Below, piece by piece: positions 18,960-27,826 of a DNA stretch of 58,299 nucleotides. A program made the translations under genes and the position numbers. The stretch is from Candidatus Eiseniibacteriota bacterium (GTDB taxonomy: Bacteria; Patescibacteriota; Microgenomatia; Levybacterales; UBA12049). Position 1 is the stretch's first letter. Every line of letters begins with the position of its first letter. Below the pieces are notes generated by a model. The model searched no databases. It had not been told where the DNA came from and worked only from the letters and a program-made list of their open reading frames with translations. The DNA is taken from contig DASQJJ010000051.1 in NCBI GenBank assembly GCA_035631115.1, forward strand, positions 1-58,299, in the 5' to 3' direction.

Positions 18960-19467
18960 TTTTTTCTCCTTTTTTTAATTCCATTTTTCTATACATATCT
19001 CCAACTTGTTTTAATGCCTCTAATGCTGCATACACATTACTTGCCTTATTCCCACTTCCCAGTACTTTAGATGAAATATTATGTATTCCTGCTGCACTCA
19101 CAACACTTCTCACAGATCCACCTGCAATAATACCAGAGCCTTGTGGAGCTGGCTTAAGCATAACTCGAGCAGCACCCAATTTAACAGTAACATTAAAAGG
19201 AATTGTTCCATTAACCGTTGGGACTGCAATCATATGCTTTTTTGCTGCAGAAACAGCTTTTCGAATTGCTGCTGCAACGTCTGCTGCTTTTCCATGTCCT
19301 GCTCCAACATTTCCCTTTTTATCTCCAACAACAACCAATGCTGCAAAACTTACTTTATTTCCACCTTGTGTCTTCTTGGAAATTCTATTAATAAGCACAA
19401 CATCCTCAACCATATCTGATTGTGGTCTGTTGAATTGATTTTGATTTTGATTCTTATTGAATGCCAT
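18952..19467 (-). CDS. rpsE: 30S ribosomal protein S5
   Basis: RISKKTQGGNKVSFAALVVVGDKKGNVGAGHGKA. Confidence 0.95.
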   Translation of the reverse strand: MAFNKNQNQNQFNRPQSDMVEDVVLINRISKKTQGGNKVSFAALVVVGDKKGNVGAGHGKAADVAAAIRKAVSAAKKHMIAVPTVNGTIPFNVTVKLGAARVMLKPAPQGSGIIAGGSVRSVVSAAGIHNISSKVLGSGNKASNVYAALEALKQVGDMYRKMELKKGEKNA

Positions 19468-19808
19468 TAGAATTGTAATCCTCCTTCTCTTGCTCCTTCT
19501 GCCAGTGATTTTACTCGACCATGATATCGATACATTCCTCTATCAAATATTGCTTTTTTTACTTTTGCGTCTAATGCTTTCTTTGCGAGTAAAAGTCCTA
19601 ATGCCTTTGCTCTCTCTGTTTTGGTTGCTTTTTCTTTACCTAATTCTTTTTCACTGACACCAAGAATTGTCACTGCTTTATCATCATTAATAAGCTGCGC
19701 ATACATATGACTACTGCTTCTATGAATAGAAAGTCGTGGCATTGCTGCAGTTCCATGCATTTTTGCTCGTACTCTTTTTTTAATTCTTTGTGTTGCTGTA
19801 CTTTTCAT
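19467..19808 (-). CDS. rplR: 50S ribosomal protein L18
   Basis: RLSIHRSSSHMYAQLINDD...RGMYRYHGRVKSLAEGAREGGLQF. Confidence 0.9.
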   Translation of the reverse strand: MKSTATQRIKKRVRAKMHGTAAMPRLSIHRSSSHMYAQLINDDKAVTILGVSEKELGKEKATKTERAKALGLLLAKKALDAKVKKAIFDRGMYRYHGRVKSLAEGAREGGLQF

Positions 19809-19809
19809 A

Positions 19810-20361
19810 TTATTTTGCTCCTACTGCCTTTGCTGCTTTTCCGGCTTTCTTTCGAATAACTTCTCCAACATACTTGATACCTTTTCCCTTGTAAGGCTCT
19901 GGTGGTCGTACCGCACGTACTCGAGATGCAATAAGCCCAACAACTGCCTTGTCTATACCACTTATGGTAATAACATTATCTGCAACAGTAAATGTTGTAC
20001 CAGCTGGCGCACTAATTTTTACTGGATGAGAAAATCCAACAGAAAGCGTTAAATCCGATCCTGCTGCTTGTGCTCTGTATCCAACTCCAGTTAATTCTAA
20101 TTTTTTCTCTATTCCCGTTGAAACCCCTGTTACCATATTTGCAAGAAGCGCACGAGTTAAGCCAAAAACGTCTCTTGTTGTCTCCCGTGTTGCTAATTCT
20201 TGACCTACTTGCAATTTGTCATTTTCAACAACAACAGTAATTCCTGCTGGAATAGGGAATGTCAGTGTCCCTTTAGGGCCAGTCACTGTTGCAACATTAT
20301 TCACAACTGTTACTGTTACTCCTTCTTTTAATGTAATTGGTAATTTTCCTATTTTACTCAT
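19810..20361 (-). CDS. rplF: 50S ribosomal protein L6
   Basis: MSKIGKLPITLKEGVTV...LTGVGYRAQ. Confidence 0.95.
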   Translation of the reverse strand: MSKIGKLPITLKEGVTVTVVNNVATVTGPKGTLTFPIPAGITVVVENDKLQVGQELATRETTRDVFGLTRALLANMVTGVSTGIEKKLELTGVGYRAQAAGSDLTLSVGFSHPVKISAPAGTTFTVADNVITISGIDKAVVGLIASRVRAVRPPEPYKGKGIKYVGEVIRKKAGKAAKAVGAK

Positions 20362-20362
20362 G

Positions 20363-20752
20363 CTACCAAATCTTAAAGAGGACTTCTCCTCCTACACCTT
20401 TCTTGACAGCTTCTCGTCCTGTCATAACACCTTGATTTGTTGATACAACTGTTGTGCCAAGACCTCGTCCAACAAGTCCAACAGTATCTGTTGCGCCTGC
20501 ATAGACTCGAAGAGATGGCTTTGAGATAACAGCAACATCGGTAAATGCCGCCAAACGCTTTTCAAAGACAATTGTTGCAACGAGAGATTTCTTCCCATCT
20601 TTACTTTCTTCCTTAATACTTCCCAACATATGCTGCTTTACCAAAACCTGTCCTATTGCCTTATTTAATTTTGAGTATGGCAACACAACTTCTCTTCGGC
20701 GAGCGAGTGCTGCGTTTTTTAACCGTATAATAAAATCTGCTACTAAATACAT
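20363..20752 (-). CDS. rpsH: 30S ribosomal protein S8
   Basis: DFIIRLKNAALARRREV...GGEVLFKIW. Confidence 0.95.
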   Translation of the reverse strand: MYLVADFIIRLKNAALARRREVVLPYSKLNKAIGQVLVKQHMLGSIKEESKDGKKSLVATIVFEKRLAAFTDVAVISKPSLRVYAGATDTVGLVGRGLGTTVVSTNQGVMTGREAVKKGVGGEVLFKIW

Positions 20753-20826
20753 AATAATCAGTTACTAGTTTCTAGTTACTAGCTTCTAGTTCATTAAGAA
20801 CTGAAAGCTGACATCTGAAAGCTATT
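20753..20826. repeat. eight-unit heptad stop-codon array spacer
   Basis: TAG (within CTAG) at 20766, 20773, 20780 and 20787. TAA at 20795. TGA at 20802, 20809 and 20816. Confidence 0.8.
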
Positions 20827-21012
20827 TTACCAGGTTGCCTTTAGAACTCCTGGTAATTCTCCTTTCTGTGCTAATTCTCTAAAACACATTCTGCAAAGTC
20901 CAAATCTTCTCATGTACGAGCGCGCTCTTCCACAGATTTGGCATCTGTTTCTGTCTCTAGATGTAAATTTTTGTTTGTGTAAAAATTTTACGACACTTGA
21001 TTTTTTTGCCAT
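20827..21012 (-). CDS. rpsN: 30S ribosomal protein S14, zinc-binding type Z
   Basis: CQICGRARSYMRRFGLCRMCFRELAQKGELPGVLKATW. Confidence 0.9.
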   Translation of the reverse strand: MAKKSSVVKFLHKQKFTSRDRNRCQICGRARSYMRRFGLCRMCFRELAQKGELPGVLKATW

Positions 21013-21018
21013 ATATAA

Positions 21019-21558
21019 TTACTTTTGAAAAGGCATTCCTAATGCCCGCAAAAGCGCTACTCCTTCCTCTTTTGTCTTACCTGATGTTGTAATTGTTACT
21101 TGAAGTCCTTGGACTTTATCAAATTTACCTGGGTCAACTTCTGGAAAAACAGTAAATTCAGAAATTCCAATTGTGTAATTTCCTCTGGTATCAAAGCTAT
21201 CTTTTCCAACTCCTCGAAAATCTTTTAATCGAGGCATGACAACATCAACCAATTTTCCGTAGAAATCATACATGCGATTTCCCCGCATGGTTACGACCAG
21301 GCCAATTTTATCACCTTCTCTAAGCTTAAAGCTAGAGATAGATTTTTTGGCACTGGTTACTTTTGGTTTTTGTCCAGTAATCAATTCCATAACTTTTGTT
21401 GCAACTTCTATATTTTTCTTGTCTGCAACTGCATTTCTTACACCCATATTAATAACAATTTTTTTCAATTTTGGTACTGCCATGATATTTTTAATTTTTA
21501 ATTCTTCTTGTAATTTCTTTACTACCTCTTTGAGATATTTTTCTTGTATATATGTCAT
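21019..21558 (-). CDS. rplE: 50S ribosomal protein L5
   Basis: Canonical position. Contains PKLKKIVINMGV...FRGVGKDSFDTRGNYTIGI. ATG 21558 lies 1 nt after the rplX stop. Confidence 0.9.
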   Translation of the reverse strand: MTYIQEKYLKEVVKKLQEELKIKNIMAVPKLKKIVINMGVRNAVADKKNIEVATKVMELITGQKPKVTSAKKSISSFKLREGDKIGLVVTMRGNRMYDFYGKLVDVVMPRLKDFRGVGKDSFDTRGNYTIGISEFTVFPEVDPGKFDKVQGLQVTITTSGKTKEEGVALLRALGMPFQK

Positions 21559-21559
21559 C

Positions 21560-21889
21560 TTATATTTCCTTTCCACATTTTCTACAGACTCGTACTTTTC
21601 GTCCAGAGGACGATCGGCCTTTGGCCGATACTTCTACTTTGTAACCTACTCGTGTTAATTTTTTACACTTTGGACAAATAAGCTGCACATTTGCAACAGG
21701 AAGTGGCTTGGTAATTGTAATAATTTCTGACCTTGTATTACCCATTCCGCCTTTTTGATGTCTTTTGTATTCATTAACTCCCGCAACCAATACTTTGTTT
21801 GTTTTGGAGTAAGACACTTCAACTTTTCCAGTCTTCCCTTTATCTTTTCCTGCTACAACCTTTACTTCATCACCTTTAATAAGTTTCAT
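21560..21889 (-). CDS. rplX: 50S ribosomal protein L24 with C-terminal CxxC...CxxC insert
   Basis: MKLIKGDEVKVVAGKDKGKTGKV, then CPKC...CRKC. ATG 21889 is preferred over the TTG at 21901. Confidence 0.85.
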   Translation of the reverse strand: MKLIKGDEVKVVAGKDKGKTGKVEVSYSKTNKVLVAGVNEYKRHQKGGMGNTRSEIITITKPLPVANVQLICPKCKKLTRVGYKVEVSAKGRSSSGRKVRVCRKCGKEI

Positions 21890-21893
21890 AATT

Positions 21894-22268
21894 TTATACA
21901 ACTTCTACTGCCATAGAGGCAATTTTTGCAAATCCTGCATCTTTTACTTCTCTTGCTATTGGTCCAAAGATACGAGTACCCACTGGATTTTTATCTTTTA
22001 TAGTATCAATGACAACACCTGCATTGTCGGAAAATCTCACATATGACCCATCTTTTCTTTTTGTTTCTTTTCTTGCCCGTACCAATACTACTTTAACAAT
22101 TTGGCTATCCTTTACTGTACCTGTCGGAGATGCTACTACCACAACACAATTTAAAATATCTCCAATATAGCCAAATTTTCGTCTAGAGCCGCCAAAGATA
22201 TGAATAACCCGCAAAACCTTTGCTCCAGAATTATCTGCTGCTACAAGCATACTTCTGTGCTGAATCAT
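21894..22268 (-). CDS. rplN: 50S ribosomal protein L14
   Basis: [17 protein letters not shown]. Confidence 0.95.
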   Translation of the reverse strand: MIQHRSMLVAADNSGAKVLRVIHIFGGSRRKFGYIGDILNCVVVVASPTGTVKDSQIVKVVLVRARKETKRKDGSYVRFSDNAGVVIDTIKDKNPVGTRIFGPIAREVKDAGFAKIASMAVEVV

Positions 22269-22269
22269 A

Positions 22270-22530
22270 TTATTTTTTGCCTCCTTCTTGCCCTGAACTC
22301 GCTGAACGGGTCACTGCAAAATGCTTATTGCCAGCCATTTTTCGAGTTTCAACAAGTGTTACCTCTTGGCCTTCTTTTACATCCACGCCTCGACTATCTG
22401 CAATATATTTTTTACTTCTTGTAATAAGCTTTCTGTACAATGGATGAGGCGTTTTACGAGTTACCTCGACTGTTACACTTCCTACCATTTTTGTTGATAT
22501 TACAATTCCTGTTAATGTTTTGTGTGCCAT
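22270..22530 (-). CDS. rpsQ: 30S ribosomal protein S17
   Basis: [29 protein letters not shown]. Confidence 0.9.
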   Translation of the reverse strand: MAHKTLTGIVISTKMVGSVTVEVTRKTPHPLYRKLITRSKKYIADSRGVDVKEGQEVTLVETRKMAGNKHFAVTRSASSGQEGGKK

Positions 22531-22757
22531 TATTTTTGCTCCTCCTTTACACTACTTTTTTCAAGAAATTTTACCATATTCATTTTTGTTAAAAGTCTTG
22601 CCAATTCGTCTTTTTTTGTTCGCATACTGGTTGTATTTTTTAATTGTCTTTTTGCATTTTCCATTGCAAGCTTATTTATTTCAGCTCGCAAATCTGCAAT
22701 TGCAACCTGCATTTCATCTGTACTTTTCTCTGTTGTTGGTTTTTTTACTTTTGCCAT
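22530..22757 (-). CDS. rpmC: 50S ribosomal protein L29
   Basis: 75-aa helical protein between rplP and rpsQ. Contains LRAEINKLAMENAKRQLKNT. Confidence 0.85.
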   Translation of the reverse strand: MAKVKKPTTEKSTDEMQVAIADLRAEINKLAMENAKRQLKNTTSMRTKKDELARLLTKMNMVKFLEKSSVKEEQK

Positions 22758-22760
22758 ATA

Positions 22761-23171
22761 TTATTCACCTTTCATAACAAATTTTGTCTTGACCGGTAAT
22801 TTATGTGATGCCAATCGCAATGCTTCCATTGCAATAGCTTTTGTTACTCCACCCATTTCAAAAAGTATTCTTCCTGGCTTTACCACTGCTACGTATTCAT
22901 GGATATCTCCTTTTCCAGATCCCATTCTTACTTCTGGTGGCTTTTTAGAAATTGGCTTATCTGGAAATATTTTAATCCAAACTTTTCCTCCTCTTGCAAT
23001 GTAATGAGTAATTGCACGTCTTGCTGCCTCTATTTGACGACTCGTTACCCATGCTGACTCCAATGTCTGAATTCCAAAATCTCCATTGGAAAGTGTTGTT
23101 CCACGAGATGCAACACCTGTTCTGGTCCCTCTCATTTGTTTTCTATATTTTACTCGTCTTGGTACTAACAT
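22761..23171 (-). CDS. rplP: 50S ribosomal protein L16
   Basis: [15 protein letters not shown]...[20 protein letters not shown]. Confidence 0.95.
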   Translation of the reverse strand: MLVPRRVKYRKQMRGTRTGVASRGTTLSNGDFGIQTLESAWVTSRQIEAARRAITHYIARGGKVWIKIFPDKPISKKPPEVRMGSGKGDIHEYVAVVKPGRILFEMGGVTKAIAMEALRLASHKLPVKTKFVMKGE

Positions 23172-23173
23172 TG

Positions 23174-23836
23174 TTATATTCCTTTCACTTCTGGCTGATT
23201 AATCCATACTTTTACACCGATATATCCTTTTTTTGTGAGAGAAGGATAACTTGCATATTCTATATCTTCTCTAATTGTTGACAATGGTACCTTGCCAACC
23301 TGAATCTTTTCTCGTCTTCCAATTTCTGAGCCATTAATTCTTCCTGACAAAACAATTCGGACTCCCTTTGCTCCTGCTCCCATAACTCTTTCTGCATTAC
23401 TATTTAAGACTCTTTTAAAGGGAAGTCTCTTTATAAGCATTTCTGCAACATTTTTTGCAACTAAAAAGGAGTTAAGATTTGGCTCTTTAATTCCTTCAAC
23501 TCGCAAATCAACTCGTGGCGCATTTTTTCCTGCTTTTTTTCCATCAAGTGTTTTGAAAAGCTGCATAACATATTTTTTTAAATCCTCAAGACCTGTACCT
23601 GCTCGTCCGATAACCATACCTGGCTTACTAACATTTATAAGTAATTTAACGCTATTAATAGATCTTTCAATTTCTATTGAAGCAACTCCTGCAAATTTTA
23701 ATTTTTCCATGAGTGCTTTTCGCAATTTATAATCTTCCAAAAGTGTTCCTTTATAATTTCTTTCGTTAAACCATCTGGATTCCCAGTTGTATACTGTACC
23801 AAGTCGTAATACTTTTGGATTGATTTTTTGTCCCAT
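23174..23836 (-). CDS. rpsC: 30S ribosomal protein S3
   Basis: [13 protein letters not shown]...[18 protein letters not shown]. Confidence 0.95.
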   Translation of the reverse strand: MGQKINPKVLRLGTVYNWESRWFNERNYKGTLLEDYKLRKALMEKLKFAGVASIEIERSINSVKLLINVSKPGMVIGRAGTGLEDLKKYVMQLFKTLDGKKAGKNAPRVDLRVEGIKEPNLNSFLVAKNVAEMLIKRLPFKRVLNSNAERVMGAGAKGVRIVLSGRINGSEIGRREKIQVGKVPLSTIREDIEYASYPSLTKKGYIGVKVWINQPEVKGI

Positions 23837-24231
23837 TATTTAGTTTCTCCTTTTTTATCGTCCAAAGCTTTAGCGTCGGACGACTTCTTTTCTTCTGTTT
23901 TCATGTCGCTTACAATTATTCGCACATGAGTACTTCTTTTTGTGTATGCTCTCATGTGACTTCTCGACCCTACATGCATTCTTCGCAAGGTTGGTCCACC
24001 ATCAACTTCTATCCCAACTATTTGCAAGCTTGCCTCGTCTGCTCCTTTTTGTACTGCATTCGCTACTGCACTTTTAACTGTTTTGAGCAAAATACTTGCT
24101 CCATGCTTTGGCGTTGTAGACAGAAGCTGCAATGCCTTTGTTACGGACATATTGCGAATTGCATCTGCAACCAGCCTTACTTTTCGTGTACTTATTCTGA
24201 CTCCTGTTGTTCGTGCTTGTGCTTGTGTCAT
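23836..24231 (-). CDS. rplV: 50S ribosomal protein L22
   Basis: VRISTRKVRLVADAIRNMSV...RRMHVGSRSHMRAYTKRSTHV. Confidence 0.9.
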   Translation of the reverse strand: MTQAQARTTGVRISTRKVRLVADAIRNMSVTKALQLLSTTPKHGASILLKTVKSAVANAVQKGADEASLQIVGIEVDGGPTLRRMHVGSRSHMRAYTKRSTHVRIIVSDMKTEEKKSSDAKALDDKKGETK

Positions 24232-24235
24232 AGGC

Positions 24236-24520
24236 TTATGTCTTACTTATTTCTCGTGCAACAACTCTTCCGTGACTTCTAAAGGTTCTGGTTGGTGCAA
24301 ATTCACCAAGTCTATGACCTACCATACTTTCAACAATGTATACATTTACAAATATCCGTCCATTATGTACTCCAAATGTGTGACCAACGAATTCGGGAGC
24401 AATCTGGCATGCTCGAATCCACACCTTAATCACGCCTCTGTCTCCAGATTCTTTCTGCTTTAATACTTTCTGCATGACTCTTTTATCTACGTATGGTCCT
24501 TTTTTTGCACTTCTACTCAT
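24236..24520 (-). CDS. rpsS: 30S ribosomal protein S19
   Basis: MSRSAKKGPYVD...VGHTFGVHNGR. Confidence 0.95.
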   Translation of the reverse strand: MSRSAKKGPYVDKRVMQKVLKQKESGDRGVIKVWIRACQIAPEFVGHTFGVHNGRIFVNVYIVESMVGHRLGEFAPTRTFRSHGRVVAREISKT

Positions 24521-24522
24521 AT

Positions 24523-25269
24523 TTATTGACCTCTTTTATTCTTTCTTTTTTGTAAAATATATTTGTTGGAATATTTCTTTGGATGTCGTCTTTTTCCAAC
24601 TGCAGTTCTTCCTGCATATGTCTTAGGACGCTTAAGTCCAATTCCGCTTCTTCCTTCTCCTCCTCCGTGAGGGTGAGAGCGAGGATTTTGAGCAACTCCT
24701 CGTACTGTTGGACGAATACCCATGTGTCTTGCTCGTCCTGCTTTTCCAATAACTTCATTCTTATGTCCAACTCGTCCAACTTGACCCACTGTTGCCATTC
24801 CATCTACCGGTACTTTTCTTACTTCACCACTTGGCATCTTAAGATGAGCATATCCTCCCTCTCTTGCTGCCAATGTTGCGCTAACACCTGCTGATTTTGC
24901 TAATTGTCCACCTTTCCCTGGTGTCAATTCGACATTATGAATAAATGTACCAACGGGAATCTGGGACATTGGCATTGCATTGCCAACTTTAATTTCTACA
25001 TTTTGTCCTGCAACGACGCTATCTCCTACTTTTAATCCCTCAGGACAAAGGATGTATCTTTTTTCTCCGTCCGTGTATTGTATCAAAGCTATGTCACAAG
25101 TTCTATTAGGATCATATTCTATTGCAGCAACTACTCCCGCAATAACCTTATCTCTTTTAAAGTCGATTGTTCTATGAAATCGCTTCTCTCCACCGCCTTG
25201 ATGTCGTACGGTTACTTTTCCTGAATTATTTCTTCCTGAATTTTTCTTTCTAATTTGTTTTAATTTCAT
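24523..25269 (-). CDS. rplB: 50S ribosomal protein L2
   Basis: [19 protein letters not shown]...[13 protein letters not shown]. Confidence 0.95.
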   Translation of the reverse strand: MKLKQIRKKNSGRNNSGKVTVRHQGGGEKRFHRTIDFKRDKVIAGVVAAIEYDPNRTCDIALIQYTDGEKRYILCPEGLKVGDSVVAGQNVEIKVGNAMPMSQIPVGTFIHNVELTPGKGGQLAKSAGVSATLAAREGGYAHLKMPSGEVRKVPVDGMATVGQVGRVGHKNEVIGKAGRARHMGIRPTVRGVAQNPRSHPHGGGEGRSGIGLKRPKTYAGRTAVGKRRHPKKYSNKYILQKRKNKRGQ

Positions 25270-25270
25270 A

Positions 25271-25564
25271 TTATTTTTTCTTTTCTCCTAAATCGAATGC
25301 ATCAATTTTTTGTCCTTTTTCGAGTCTTATTATTGCTTTTTTGTATTTTCCTAAGAGTTTTTCTGTTCTCTTTTTTCCAACTCGTTTTCCTTTTCCTTTT
25401 ACAACTACTGTTGCAATATCGAGCACTTTCACACTATATGCAGCTTCTACTGCTTTTTTTATTTCGTCTTTACCAACAGATAGCCCAACAATAAAAGTAA
25501 ATCGACTATTATCTGCATCATTCATGGATCTTTCTGTAAAAACAGGTCTAATTAATGTATTCAT
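25271..25564 (-). CDS. rplW: 50S ribosomal protein L23
   Basis: [22 protein letters not shown]...KKAIIRL. Canonical position. Confidence 0.9.
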   Translation of the reverse strand: MNTLIRPVFTERSMNDADNSRFTFIVGLSVGKDEIKKAVEAAYSVKVLDIATVVVKGKGKRVGKKRTEKLLGKYKKAIIRLEKGQKIDAFDLGEKKK

Positions 25565-26334
25565 TATTTGCTCTCCTTCTTAAACTGCTTCTCCAGTGCA
25601 GCGAGTGTCTCCTGCATAACAACGAGTGTTCCTGCATTAAGAATGTCGTATGTTGTGAGTAAGCTTGCCCTGGCAACCTTTACTCTGTCTATATTTCTAT
25701 ATGCTCGAAATACTATGTCCATATGCTCTGGCATAATAACAAGTGCTTTCTTGCCAGAGAGTCCCATACCAATAAGTGCTTTCGCTGCTAATTTTGTCTT
25801 TGGCTCTACAGACGAAAGTCCTGCGACTACTTTTACATTACCTTCTTTTGCCATTGCAGAAAGAGAAGACAATGTTGCTGCTCTTTTCATTTGGGAAGAC
25901 AATTGCAATGAATAATCTTTTGCTTTTGGTCCGTGTGCTGTACCTCCACCAACAAAAATTGGTGCAGACTGAGCTCCATGTCGTGCTCTCCCTGTGCCTT
26001 TTTGTCTATACCACTTTGCTGTTGTTAAGGTAACCTCACTTCGTGTCTTTGTGACTGCTGCGCCCATGCGCTGATTGGCTAAGTACACTCGTACTGCTTG
26101 AGCCATAAGAGGCTTATTAATTTTTGCCCCAAAGACTGCTTCTGGTAATTTTACTGTACCTGTTTCTTTTCCTGTTGCATCGTATAAGACAACAGAAAGA
26201 GTAGCTGCTACTTTTACAACTGGCTTAACAGGTGCTTTTACAACCACCTTTGCTATAGGTTTTGCAGCCTTTTTAACAACTGGTTTCGCTGCTGCTTTCT
26301 TTACTATTTTTTTAACTGTCTTTTTTTCTACCAT
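25564..26334 (-). CDS. rplD: 50S ribosomal protein L4 with K/A/V/P-rich N-terminal extension
   Basis: RQKGTGRARHGAQSAPIFVGGGTAHGPK. Confidence 0.9.
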   Translation of the reverse strand: MVEKKTVKKIVKKAAAKPVVKKAAKPIAKVVVKAPVKPVVKVAATLSVVLYDATGKETGTVKLPEAVFGAKINKPLMAQAVRVYLANQRMGAAVTKTRSEVTLTTAKWYRQKGTGRARHGAQSAPIFVGGGTAHGPKAKDYSLQLSSQMKRAATLSSLSAMAKEGNVKVVAGLSSVEPKTKLAAKALIGMGLSGKKALVIMPEHMDIVFRAYRNIDRVKVARASLLTTYDILNAGTLVVMQETLAALEKQFKKESK

Positions 26335-26337
26335 AGG

Positions 26338-27378
26338 TTATTTAGCCTCCTCTTCTTGTCCTGAGCTTGCCGAAGGATCCTTAGGTTCTTCCTTGGATTC
26401 TTCAGCTACTTCTGCTACTTCTGGCTTCAATTCTGGTGCTTCCTCTTTTGCTTCAGCTGCAACTTCTTCAACTGGCTCTTCTTCTTTTACTTCTGGTGCT
26501 ACCTCTGCTGGTGCTTCTGTCTTTGGCTCTTCAACAGGTGCTGCTTCTGCTGCTGCTTTTGCAGACTCTTCAGCTTGTTTCTCTGCAGACGCTTCAGCCA
26601 GAGGCTGATCGTCCTCTGGACGAGCTTTTTCTGCTTCCTCTGCGGCTTGCGCTGCTACTTTTGCCTCTTCTTCTGCAATTCGTGCTACCTCTGCATCAGC
26701 TGCTGCTTGCTCTTCTGGAGTCTTTAAGACCTCAACAAACTTTTTATTTTTCTTTCCTGTTGGAGACAATACTACTACTGCACCAATTGGTCCAGGCACA
26801 ACACCTTTTACCCAGACAAAATCTTCTCCTACCTTTACAACTTCTAAATTCTTCAGAGTTGTCATGTCATTACCCATTTTTCCAGCCATTCTTTTTCCTT
26901 TATATACTCTTCCGGGAGTTGTACCAGAGCCAATAGATCCTGGTGCTCTATGTCTATCTGACTGACCATGAGTCTTTGGACCGCCCCTAAATCCATATCG
27001 CTTAACACCTCCAGCAAATCCTTTTCCCTTGGACTTACCTCGTGCATCGATAATGTCTCCTGGCTCAAGGACAGTACTTGCTAAAATTAAATCTCCCTGC
27101 GTTGGGAGATTTGCTGCTTCTTTTTCTGAAAATCGTGCTTCTGCAATAAAAATAGGCGCCTTGTCTAATTGCGCCTTTTTTGCATGTCCCATTTGTGGCT
27201 TATTGGTATTTTTTCGTGCTCCATATCCAAGTTGGACAGACCAATATCCTTCTTTGTCTTGGGTCTTCGTCATCATGACAGTATTCCCAGGGGTAGATAC
27301 GACTGTCACAGGAATTCGTGTCCCATTAACGAGAAACTTTTGTGTTTGTCTTGCTTTTGTACCAATTACTGCTAACAT
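26338..27378 (-). CDS. rplC: 50S ribosomal protein L3 with ~130-aa acidic E/A/K/P-rich C-terminal extension
   Basis: KGKGFAGGVKRYGFRGGPKTHGQSDRHRAPGSIG. The core ends near aa 216, and the tail is encoded at about 26341..26730. Confidence 0.9.
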   Translation of the reverse strand: MLAVIGTKARQTQKFLVNGTRIPVTVVSTPGNTVMMTKTQDKEGYWSVQLGYGARKNTNKPQMGHAKKAQLDKAPIFIAEARFSEKEAANLPTQGDLILASTVLEPGDIIDARGKSKGKGFAGGVKRYGFRGGPKTHGQSDRHRAPGSIGSGTTPGRVYKGKRMAGKMGNDMTTLKNLEVVKVGEDFVWVKGVVPGPIGAVVVLSPTGKKNKKFVEVLKTPEEQAAADAEVARIAEEEAKVAAQAAEEAEKARPEDDQPLAEASAEKQAEESAKAAAEAAPVEEPKTEAPAEVAPEVKEEEPVEEVAAEAKEEAPELKPEVAEVAEESKEEPKDPSASSGQEEEAK

Positions 27379-27405
27379 ATTTAATACTTATTTGAAATTG
27401 CCAAC

Positions 27406-27428
27406 AAAAAAGTGGCTACCAGGCCACT
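27406..27428 (-). terminator. terminator-like hairpin just upstream of rplC
   Basis: Minus strand reads AGTGGC-CTGGTA-GCCACT followed by TTTTT, about 25 nt before the rplC ATG. Confidence 0.55.
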
Positions 27429-27583
27429 CTACTCTTGAGGGTAACTGAAGCTACTTTTACGATCGATCCGTTTTCTTAAGTCGAATCATGTTGACAAAAC
27501 ATTAGTATTGTATCAGAAAGGACTAAGGCACGCAATAGGCAGGGGTATCTGTCAAAAATTGGTCATTTTCCTGACAAATCTTT

Positions 27584-27826
27584 ATGTTGACCAAAAGAAA
27601 AAAGATAGTAGAATGGGATTCTATGATTATAGAAGATGAAAAAGAAGACCAAAGCACCCAACCTGCATCGTCTCCTTCCTCCAAAAAACAACCTAAAAAT
27701 CAGGGACAGGCAGAACAACCCTGGCAAGAAAGAGTAAATGGACAGCCTCAAGTACCGTGGAATGGAGACAGTCTTGGTAGAGCAAGAGGATTTCACCCAG
27801 CCCGCGGAAATCCCCTTAGGAGATAG
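27584..27826 (+). CDS. hypothetical Q/P/R-rich small protein (80 aa)
   Basis: ORF track only. No clear promoter or SD. Its 3' end overlaps the convergent phosphatase gene. Confidence 0.3.
   Translation: MLTKRKKIVEWDSMIIEDEKEDQSTQPASSPSSKKQPKNQGQAEQPWQERVNGQPQVPWNGDSLGRARGFHPARGNPLRR

Noticed and set aside
11620-20826. The heptad arrays as a possible CRISPR array or a sign of UGA recoding
   Set aside because: The units are 7-8 nt with no spacers, so they are not CRISPR. Conserved proteins are full length under the standard code, and cmk ends on TGA overlapping the map ATG, so UGA is a stop here.
22520-23004. Plus-strand ORFs of 85 and 160 aa
   Set aside because: They are antisense to rpmC and rplP, which have diagnostic motifs and operon context.
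24513-24803. 96-aa minus-strand ORF overlapping rplB in another frame
   Set aside because: rplB is unambiguous (HPHGGGEGR). The overlapping frame is E/K/L-rich with no start context.
26393-26936. Plus-strand ORFs (71 and 166 aa) rich in S/A/L
   Set aside because: They are antisense to the low-complexity GAA/GCA-rich tail of rplC. Such repeats stay open on the opposite strand by composition alone.
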